Program-made: the position numbers and the translations under genes
The notes under the pieces: model-generated
Told to the model about the DNA's origin: nothing
Databases searched by the model: none
The model's input: only the letters and a program-made list of their open reading frames with translations
Virus record (IMG/VR): IMGVR_UViG_3300031994_000001
Span: 311,799 to 375,798 of that record
Source of the DNA: a virus
Lineage: Duplodnaviria > Heunggongvirae > Uroviricota > Caudoviricetes
Reading direction: 5' to 3' (one strand)
DNA: 64,000 bases
Shown: in pieces, positions 57,549-64,000 of the stretch
Position numbering within the stretch: the stretch's first letter is position 1
How the letters are laid out: each line of letters starts with the position of its first letter

Positions 57549-57589
57549 TGTAAAGTTAATATAATAAAAATAACGGAAAAATGATTGTC

Positions 57590-58744
57590 TTATCTGCAAT
57601 AAATTTTACGTTCAAGCAGTTCACCAAACTCCGTGTCGTAAACCACATAGTATTGGCAAGGCTCTTCGTATGAGAAACCGTTTGACATAGCAAACGTGTT
57701 GTAACCTATGATACTGCCGTTCACCGCCGCATTCGGAATTGATGTGTATGAATGGAAGTGACCGAGGAAGATTCTGTCTTGGTCGAATGTGTTGTTCCAT
57801 TTAAGGCTCAATCTGTTTAAAGCGGGGTAGATTCCGCACACCGTTCCCGTTCCGCTGCCGCGTATCTGATAGCCGTGGCAGAAAATGAAGCGTCTGTTGT
57901 CATCCGTGTCAACAATTGCAAGTTCACTATCGGGTATGTTGAACTCAATGGGGAGTTTAGCACCGCTGCAATATTTCTCAATGTTCTTATACATCAGCCA
58001 CTCATAACTCATCTTTACGGCGTTTGCGTGCTGAATCTTCTTTGTCGTGCGGGAGTGGTTGCCAACAATGCCGATAAACTGAATCTGCTTCAGTTTGGTG
58101 TTATTGCAGAGGAAGTCCAAACCGCTGATGATGAGGTTCTGCGCAACCCAAGTCGCTTCAAGCGGGGAAAGCCCGTTTGTCTGCGCGAGTTCATCGTGGA
58201 TGTATCCGCTGATGGTGTCGCCCAAACTTGCGAAGATAAGACGCTCAACCCCGTCCGTGTTCAAACAAGCGGCAAGGTTGTCAAAGTAACGCTCAATCCT
58301 CTGCTTTGCGACTTCAATGTTGTACTCATTCTTTCCGAGAACGGAATCCGCCGTAACGGTTTCCTCAATATGCACATCGGAAAAAAGGGCGATTGCATAC
58401 CGTCTTCCCGCAACACGGTTTTTTGCCTTGAACTCGAATTTCTCGAAAGGCAATGATTCAACATCCTTGAATTTTTTGAAGTTCTGAAATTCGGGGTCGT
58501 TGATTAACGCCTCCATTTCAGCGTTTTTATCGTTTTCTTCAGCAGATATTTGCTTCGGAATAGGATTCTTGAATGTGTATGTCACGCCATTGTACTTGTA
58601 AAACCCGTTCAGTTTCAATGTGTCTGCAATACCATCACGGTTCTTGTGAATGTGCTTGGAAAGTTTCCGTATGCTCGGATATTCGCTTCCGTCACTTCCG
58701 ACAATGACCGAACACACGTTCCGTTTGATTTCAAAATTATTCAT
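57590..58744 (-). CDS. calcineurin-like metallophosphoesterase with N-terminal HTH/NUMOD1-like segment
   Basis: SDVH, LGD.ISG.IH, GNHSR, HG, GHFH. Confidence 0.82.
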   Translation of the reverse strand: MNNFEIKRNVCSVIVGSDGSEYPSIRKLSKHIHKNRDGIADTLKLNGFYKYNGVTYTFKNPIPKQISAEENDKNAEMEALINDPEFQNFKKFKDVESLPFEKFEFKAKNRVAGRRYAIALFSDVHIEETVTADSVLGKNEYNIEVAKQRIERYFDNLAACLNTDGVERLIFASLGDTISGYIHDELAQTNGLSPLEATWVAQNLIISGLDFLCNNTKLKQIQFIGIVGNHSRTTKKIQHANAVKMSYEWLMYKNIEKYCSGAKLPIEFNIPDSELAIVDTDDNRRFIFCHGYQIRGSGTGTVCGIYPALNRLSLKWNNTFDQDRIFLGHFHSYTSIPNAAVNGSIIGYNTFAMSNGFSYEEPCQYYVVYDTEFGELLERKIYCR

Positions 58745-58793
58745 ATCTATGTTTTGTTTATTAGTATTCGTATATATAACTTATGTATATGAG

Positions 58794-59516
58794 TTAAAAC
58801 AGTTTCCGTTCCGAACTGTGCAGTTCAATTCCAGCACGCTCGTTTGATATGCGGCAGTATTCGGCATCCAACTCGAACCCTATGAACCTGCGCTTGCAAC
58901 TTGCCGCCGCGACAGCCGTAGTGCCACTGCCCATAAACGGGTCAAGCACAATCTCATCTTCAATCGAACTGCACTTGATAAGCGTCTGCATAAGACCAAC
59001 GGGCTTTTGCGAATTGTGCAGGTTAGTCCCGTCAGCGTTCTTTTCCTTTATGTTCGGGAACGACAAAAGGTCGGAAACCCCGCAATCGTTTATCGGTTTT
59101 CCCGCACCTTTCCTCAAAAAGAAAATATGTTCAACCTGCCCCATATAGTATGTGCCGCATATCTTCGTCTCCTTATCCCACACAAGCAGTTTGACAAAAT
59201 GAAAACCGCTCTGCGAAATAACGTCAAAGAAATGCGGCAAATTGATATTATTGCACATAATGTAGCAATGCGAGTTCGGTTTGAGTATGCGGTAAAATTC
59301 GGGCAGGTATTCCTCTATGTCAATGGCATCGTGTTCAAACACCTTGCCCCTGCGCTTCATATCGCTCGCCCAATTACCGCTCATAGTACCCATACTTCCC
59401 TTCTGCGTCAACTTGTACGGAGGGTCTGTGACTATGAGGTCTATGCTGCCATCGGGTATGAACTGCATACCCTTGAGACAATCCATATTATATGTCTTAT
59501 TCAGTTCAAGCATCAA
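58794..59516 (-). CDS. DNA methyltransferase N4-C/N6-A (beta class)
   Basis: IVTDPPY (IV) before H.SQKP and VLDPFMGSGTT (I). Confidence 0.9.
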   Translation of the reverse strand: MMLELNKTYNMDCLKGMQFIPDGSIDLIVTDPPYKLTQKGSMGTMSGNWASDMKRRGKVFEHDAIDIEEYLPEFYRILKPNSHCYIMCNNINLPHFFDVISQSGFHFVKLLVWDKETKICGTYYMGQVEHIFFLRKGAGKPINDCGVSDLLSFPNIKEKNADGTNLHNSQKPVGLMQTLIKCSSIEDEIVLDPFMGSGTTAVAAASCKRRFIGFELDAEYCRISNERAGIELHSSERKLF

Positions 59517-59575
59517 CTATATATAATAAAATTTCAATATTTTAGAATAAAGTCTTGCATTTTTCTTTCAAACCG

Positions 59576-59689
59576 TCAATAAATGTCAACGAATCGGTTG
59601 ACATTTTTAGAAAACAGAGGCACTATCTGTCCGAGCAACTTGTACTTGTTGCCCGTGTAGTTTATGGGGCTTTTGATATAATCGCTCAT
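59576..59689 (-). pseudogene. truncated duplicate of the Dam-family methyltransferase N-terminus (37 aa)
   Basis: MSDYIKSPINYTGNKYKLLGQIVPLFSKNVNRFVDIY* vs MGGYIKSPINYTGNKYKLLGQIVPLLPKRIGSFVDVF. Confidence 0.8.
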
Positions 59690-59692
59690 ATT

Positions 59693-60562
59693 CTAAAACA
59701 GTGACTTTTTGTTGTTCGCAGGCAACTCGAAATTTGTAACAAACACCTCGTCATCTTCAGAATCCTTATCAGTCTTGTGATATGACGAATTGTTGTACTT
59801 GCTTCCGAGATGGTATGTCTTATATTTTTCACACAGTTTTTCAAGTATCGGATTACCGTATTTGAGATTGTTCGACACACCGAACCAAACTCCACGGGAA
59901 TCAAGTTTGTCTATGACATCCGCAAGCGTCTTTTCCTGCTCCTCCGTCCACCCGTTTTTCTCATTATAAACCGCAACGCTTCCAAGATACGGCGGGTCGA
60001 AATAAACGAAATCGCCATCGCCGAACATTGAATAGTCAAATCGGTCAAAAGACAGATTGAAGCAGGAGACCTCCTTGTCGGAAATCCTCATTTTCATATT
60101 CAATATGTTATCCCTCTGCACATCACTGAAGCAGGAACGGTTCTTTCCGAAAGGCATATTGAATTTGCCGTTGTTTCCGAAACGACCCTGCGAATTGAAT
60201 GCGTAGCAGCAGAGAACATACAGAGTGACCCAATCCTTGCGACCGCTATTGTAATCGTCCCTTAACTTGGCATAGCCTTCCTCGTTTGTTTTCGTGAGTC
60301 CGTACTCTTCAATAACACCATCAACACGAAGTATGATTTCCTCATAACACGTTTCAACAAACCCGCGAAACATATCATACACATACTTTGCATACTCGTT
60401 GTAAACCAATCGGCGTGCGGGCGCGTTCAAAACAACAGTACCGCTGCCGCCGAACACATCGACAAACGAACCTATGCGTTTCGGCAGTAGCGGTACTATC
60501 TGACCCAAGAGTTTGTATTTGTTGCCCGTATAGTTTATGGGGCTTTTGATATAACCGCCCAT
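59693..60562 (-). CDS. Dam-family (D12 class) DNA adenine methyltransferase
   Basis: SPINYTGNK..L, FVDVFGGSG, R....G.FNMPFG, YFDPPY; likely ATG at 60562. Confidence 0.9.
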   Translation of the reverse strand: MGGYIKSPINYTGNKYKLLGQIVPLLPKRIGSFVDVFGGSGTVVLNAPARRLVYNEYAKYVYDMFRGFVETCYEEIILRVDGVIEEYGLTKTNEEGYAKLRDDYNSGRKDWVTLYVLCCYAFNSQGRFGNNGKFNMPFGKNRSCFSDVQRDNILNMKMRISDKEVSCFNLSFDRFDYSMFGDGDFVYFDPPYLGSVAVYNEKNGWTEEQEKTLADVIDKLDSRGVWFGVSNNLKYGNPILEKLCEKYKTYHLGSKYNNSSYHKTDKDSEDDEVFVTNFELPANNKKSLF

Positions 60563-60566
60563 TTGA

Positions 60567-61259
60567 TTACAGTTTAACGGCAAGATGGGTGTTTCGGTCA
60601 ATCCACTTCTCCAATATGGTATATCCCAATGATTCAAGGAAACCGAATGTATTGTCGTGTCTTTCCTGCGACATACCGAACACGCCGACATCAAAACACT
60701 CGAACACTATCGGCGGGAATTCGTTTCTCTTTATGGTTTTCTTCGCACCGCACAAAACCTCGTATTCGTGATTTTCGACATCAATCTTTATCATACCGAT
60801 ATTTTTCAAGCGAAAACTGTCAAGCGTGCGGGTTTTCACAACACAAGAATCGTCACCGTCTTTTATGGCAAACCCGTCAAACTTGACCTTTTTCCTCGAA
60901 TCAGACAAAACCTCTTGGAAGATGTCAATGTCATACACCCGTTCCCACAGCAAAGCATTGGCGCAAAGAGCAAACGCGCTTTCCTTGTTAGGCTCGAATG
61001 CGTATGCGTGTGAAAACTGGGTCAACCAACAATACTCACCAAGGTCTGCCCCGATGTCAATTATGCTTTTCGAGAAATCGAAATATCCGTCCTCATTGCG
61101 GTTTATCTTGTTAATGCCGTCAACTTCAAGACAAAGCGGAGTTGGGTATGCGGCAGGGTAGTTGCTCTCCAACTGCTCAACATCCCAATCCCGTAAAATG
61201 ATTGACTTTTTCGGTATGTTTACGGGATACTCGTTGTACTTTTTATAATATAATTCCAT
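60567..61259 (-). CDS. FkbM-family methyltransferase
   Basis: IDIGADLG, YAFEPN, TLDSF, IKIDVENHEYEVL.GA. Confidence 0.85.
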   Translation of the reverse strand: MELYYKKYNEYPVNIPKKSIILRDWDVEQLESNYPAAYPTPLCLEVDGINKINRNEDGYFDFSKSIIDIGADLGEYCWLTQFSHAYAFEPNKESAFALCANALLWERVYDIDIFQEVLSDSRKKVKFDGFAIKDGDDSCVVKTRTLDSFRLKNIGMIKIDVENHEYEVLCGAKKTIKRNEFPPIVFECFDVGVFGMSQERHDNTFGFLESLGYTILEKWIDRNTHLAVKL

Positions 61260-61271
61260 AGATGTTAATGT

Positions 61272-61670
61272 TTACAATTCAAAATAAGAGCGCACCGTGT
61301 CGTGTATCGCCGCAAGGCAGGCGTTAAGTTTGTCAATGTAAACGAACCTGCTGTCAATGTCGAACTTCGCGTCCTTCCAAGCGATTCGGTAAGTGACAGA
61401 TGTCTCGATGTGCGTCCCCTCGGACTTGAAGTCCGTTGTCGGCTTGTTCATAACCTCATATTCATTGGTTATGATTCCAGTGATTTTTCCTTTCGACACG
61501 GTGACTACATCGTTCACGTCATCGTAACACTTGAAATAAACGGTGTCTCCGATTGACAGTTCGTGCCAACCGAACTTGTTGTTCGTCTGCGTGTCTTTGA
61601 TTGCATTGTCGCCCGCCTCCAAAATGGCGCGGAGCGCGTTTTCGGTTTTCTCGAATTTCTTATTGTCCAT
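61272..61670 (-). CDS. hypothetical protein
   Basis: in-operon ORF with IGDTVY motif. Confidence 0.6.
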   Translation of the reverse strand: MDNKKFEKTENALRAILEAGDNAIKDTQTNNKFGWHELSIGDTVYFKCYDDVNDVVTVSKGKITGIITNEYEVMNKPTTDFKSEGTHIETSVTYRIAWKDAKFDIDSRFVYIDKLNACLAAIHDTVRSYFEL

Positions 61671-62712
61671 TTATAAGTTTTTTTGCTATTTTCTTGATGT
61701 TAGCCTTCACTTTGTCATCGTATTCAAGAACATTGTCAACATATTTGTCAAGCATATCCTCAATGCTGACACACTCACTCATACTGACTTTCGGCATATC
61801 AATGGTCGCCGTGCCTTTCTTCGGCAGAAAGTTTATGTTGTAAATGTCTGAATTGTTGTTTATGTATGCGTAGATTTTGTGGAAACTCAATTTGGACAGC
61901 AAGTCGGAGTCAACCATAATCTCAATGTACTTCCGCTTGCAGAAATCCTTGAACTCACCCATAGGGAGTTCCTTGACTTCATCGTAATCAACCCGCATAA
62001 ACTGCGGGGATATTTTGTTTTCATAAAACACCTCGTCACCACTGTCAGTAAGACACATAACGCCACGTGTGTTGTCACGGTCGTTCTGCGACATCTGATA
62101 GGGTGAACCCACATACACCACATTCTTGTATTTCTGTCTGTGGTGAATGTGACCCGAATAGATACGACAACTGACATCAGTGTTCTCCAACTTGATTTTG
62201 GATTCGGACTTGGTTCCAGAGGCGTTCATTGTGACACCGAAGAAATCGGCGTGGCAAACAAGGAAGTCGGAATCCGACATATCCTCCAAAATCTCGGTGA
62301 ACTCATCTGTTCCGTTCACCCACGGAATCATACCGACATTCTTCGTGCCGAGCAGAAAATTCTGCGGCTCTTTCACAACCTCAACATTCGGAACGTATTT
62401 CAAACAGTCAATTGAAGTGATGTCGTTGCTGTCGTTCTCATAGGCATCGTGGTTGCCGCAAAGAACATAGACCTTGGAAAAAATCCTGCCAAGACGCTCA
62501 AACACGCCCATAGCGAGGTTCATTGTGGAAAGCCCGACAGTCTGTCTGTTGTCGAAAACATCCCCGCAATGTATGAGTATGTCACCGCGTTTCACCTTGC
62601 TCTCAAAGAGAGGAAACACGAATTTGTCGAAGCACTCTCTGAAATGCCCCTCCCAAACCTTTGAATTGTTTTTAAGACCGAAGTGGGTGTCTGAAATGAG
62701 CCAAATGTTCAT
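61660..62712 (-). CDS. recombination endonuclease subunit (T4 gp47/Mre11/SbcD-like)
   Basis: SDTHFG, GDVFDNR, GNHD, IPW, SGHIH, YVGSPYQ...D. Confidence 0.9.
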   Translation of the reverse strand: MNIWLISDTHFGLKNNSKVWEGHFRECFDKFVFPLFESKVKRGDILIHCGDVFDNRQTVGLSTMNLAMGVFERLGRIFSKVYVLCGNHDAYENDSNDITSIDCLKYVPNVEVVKEPQNFLLGTKNVGMIPWVNGTDEFTEILEDMSDSDFLVCHADFFGVTMNASGTKSESKIKLENTDVSCRIYSGHIHHRQKYKNVVYVGSPYQMSQNDRDNTRGVMCLTDSGDEVFYENKISPQFMRVDYDEVKELPMGEFKDFCKRKYIEIMVDSDLLSKLSFHKIYAYINNNSDIYNINFLPKKGTATIDMPKVSMSECVSIEDMLDKYVDNVLEYDDKVKANIKKIAKKLINGQ

Positions 62713-63198
62713 TTAGAAAAGTTTTGTCCACCCGTCATCGCAGACGAGCAGGTTGTTCAACAATGATTTGTTTGTCGTATATCTTGAAAGTTCCTCATAG
62801 AGTTTCACCTTCGCGCCGTTTGGCAGGTCTTTGATGACTACTTCATATTTCAGATTGAAGTAATCACAATAGATAAGCAAGATATTGCTCAATGAGGTGA
62901 CATTCTTGAACACACCGTAGATTTTCAAGAGGTTCATCGGTATGTCCGCTATGCCGAGTTTGCGTGAATCCACGTTGAAAATATCGTTACAGTCGCGTAT
63001 ATCCATAGTTTTGATATACTTGACAACGCTATCCTCAATCTCGTCAACAACACCGCCATAGTCATTCACGGCGAACACATCCATATCCTCCGCCATAACG
63101 CGCTTCATTGAGGATATGCTGTCCGCTTCTGCATAGGAATCCTTGTCGTTGTTGTAATAGATTCCGCGAAGTTTGTTTACGTCAATTCGTTTTCCCAT
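62713..63198 (-). CDS. hypothetical protein
   Basis: ORF between the helicase fragment and gp47. Confidence 0.65.
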   Translation of the reverse strand: MGKRIDVNKLRGIYYNNDKDSYAEADSISSMKRVMAEDMDVFAVNDYGGVVDEIEDSVVKYIKTMDIRDCNDIFNVDSRKLGIADIPMNLLKIYGVFKNVTSLSNILLIYCDYFNLKYEVVIKDLPNGAKVKLYEELSRYTTNKSLLNNLLVCDDGWTKLF

Positions 63199-63880
63199 TT
63201 TCTATCATTTTGAAAAAGTCACCGATGGGTATCTTCATAGTCTGACCCGTCTTTTTGTTACGCACGCAAATTTCCGATTCGGCGCAGACGCATTTTCCTA
63301 TGTTAGACTGACCCACGTAACACACAAGCGTTTTCTCGTCATAGCCGCCCGTAAGCGTATCCATATATTTATAGCCGCTGCGGATTTTCTTGCTCGTGTC
63401 TTGGTAGTGGGAATCGGGGTTGAAAAAGTCCAAGCCCTCATCAAAGTTGAAGTTGACCCCGCTCGAAGTGCCGACAGTATCAACAATACGCTGGACAACG
63501 GTGTCAACATTGTCTATGGTGACATTCGTCATCTTGGCGAACTCAATACTGTCAACAAGGTTCTTTTGGAGATACTTCCACTTAATCCAAGCCTCGGCAG
63601 TCTTTTTCAGCCACTCGCTATCGTAGTTGTCGGTGTCAATGCCATAGACGGTTGAGATAAGGTCGTCCTCAATCTCAATCTTGTCGCTGTCGTGAACCAA
63701 CGCCTTCATCTGATTCTCCGTAGGCACTTCCTTGTATTTGTCATAGAAACGCTTTGCAATCAGAATGAGGGCGGAGAGCGTCTTGTTTGAAAAGAAACTC
63801 TTGTCAACGTGCTTGTAATATGTAGGGTTGTCCAAGATATACTTGAACACCACGCTTTCATTAGTCGTTACTTTCTCCAT
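63182..63880 (-). CDS. replicative helicase (T4 gp41/DnaB-like) N-terminal fragment fused to a split-intein N-part
   Basis: gp41-like N-domain, G....D..TGG...KTL, Walker A GQSNIGK, then CVCAESEI...IGDFF and a stop codon. Confidence 0.8.
   Translation of the reverse strand: MEKVTTNESVVFKYILDNPTYYKHVDKSFFSNKTLSALILIAKRFYDKYKEVPTENQMKALVHDSDKIEIEDDLISTVYGIDTDNYDSEWLKKTAEAWIKWKYLQKNLVDSIEFAKMTNVTIDNVDTVVQRIVDTVGTSSGVNFNFDEGLDFFNPDSHYQDTSKKIRSGYKYMDTLTGGYDEKTLVCYVGQSNIGKCVCAESEICVRNKKTGQTMKIPIGDFFKMIENGKTN
63185..63292 (-). other. atypically short split intein N-fragment (36 aa)
   Basis: Cys1 directly after the Walker A Lys; block A-like CVCAESEICVR, then IPIGDFF. Confidence 0.7.
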
Positions 63881-64000
63881 CCCAAGGTGTATGCAATATG
63901 GTTATGTTATCGTCTTTCTTTTTCACAAACCCCCCGTCAGTGAGAACAAGGAGCAGTTCGTCCAATTTGTCGTAATCCAACTTCACGATGTCCGCCAACT
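63861..64000 (-). CDS. hypothetical protein, partial (3' end only)
   Basis: open frame ...LADIVKLDYDKLDELLLVLTDGGFVKK...PWDGESND*. Confidence 0.55.
   Translation of the reverse strand, partial: LADIVKLDYDKLDELLLVLTDGGFVKKKDDNITILHTPWDGESND

Noticed and set aside
60563-60694. N-terminal extension of the Dam ORF given in the ORF track
   Set aside because: It overlaps the FkbM gene; the ATG at 60562 matches the family start and the duplicated fragment.
62713-63198. Possible IntC/helicase C-half or homing endonuclease after the split intein
   Set aside because: No HN-S/T/C junction, Walker B, LAGLIDADG, HNH or GIY-YIG motif is recognisable.
1-64000. Stop-codon reassignment as in Lak or some crAss-like phages
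   Set aside because: Genes are full length and densely packed in the standard code; TAG (4774-4776), TGA and TAA all end genes at sensible positions.
1-64000. tRNA or rRNA genes, IS elements, integrase
   Set aside because: No cloverleaf/T-loop signatures in the short intergenic gaps and no transposase or recombinase motifs were seen; tRNAscan-SE would be needed to exclude tRNAs formally.

Overview
A 64-kb segment of a large T4-like (contractile-tailed) jumbo phage genome read in the standard genetic code. The host is probably Bacteroidota (TAnnTTTG promoters, AT-rich start regions with no Shine-Dalgarno). Core genes are scattered among accessory genes: tail sheath, gp5-like spike, gp4, gp15-like, gp55-like sigma plus two sigma70-like factors, gp52, gp47, a gp41 N-fragment, a DHFR-TS fusion, three DNA methyltransferases, GroES, Hsp20, thioredoxin, a ferritin-like protein and a glycosylation cluster. 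The most striking pattern not explained by gene annotation is a shared N-terminal cassette on 12 otherwise largely unrelated genes: M-x-I-x-x-S-E-x-Y/F-I-x-E followed by K-L-N-I-Q-P-V-T/S-K-D-R-L. The first half resembles the T4 capsid-targeting/prohead-protease leader. The second half would remain as a common mature N-terminus. Several carriers sit behind TATAAATA late promoters, and one ORF holds three copies of the cassette as an apparent polyprotein with identical 36-nt junctions. I infer a modular leader-plus-cargo system for packaging and delivering effectors (LRR proteins and unknown domains). Other highlights: a dual-AAA+/metallopeptidase/vWA module, a helicase ending in a 36-aa atypical split-intein N-fragment, four promoter classes including a sigma54-type promoter on Hsp20, and a candidate tandem-hairpin small RNA. 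All calls come from reading motifs by eye; no database searches were run.
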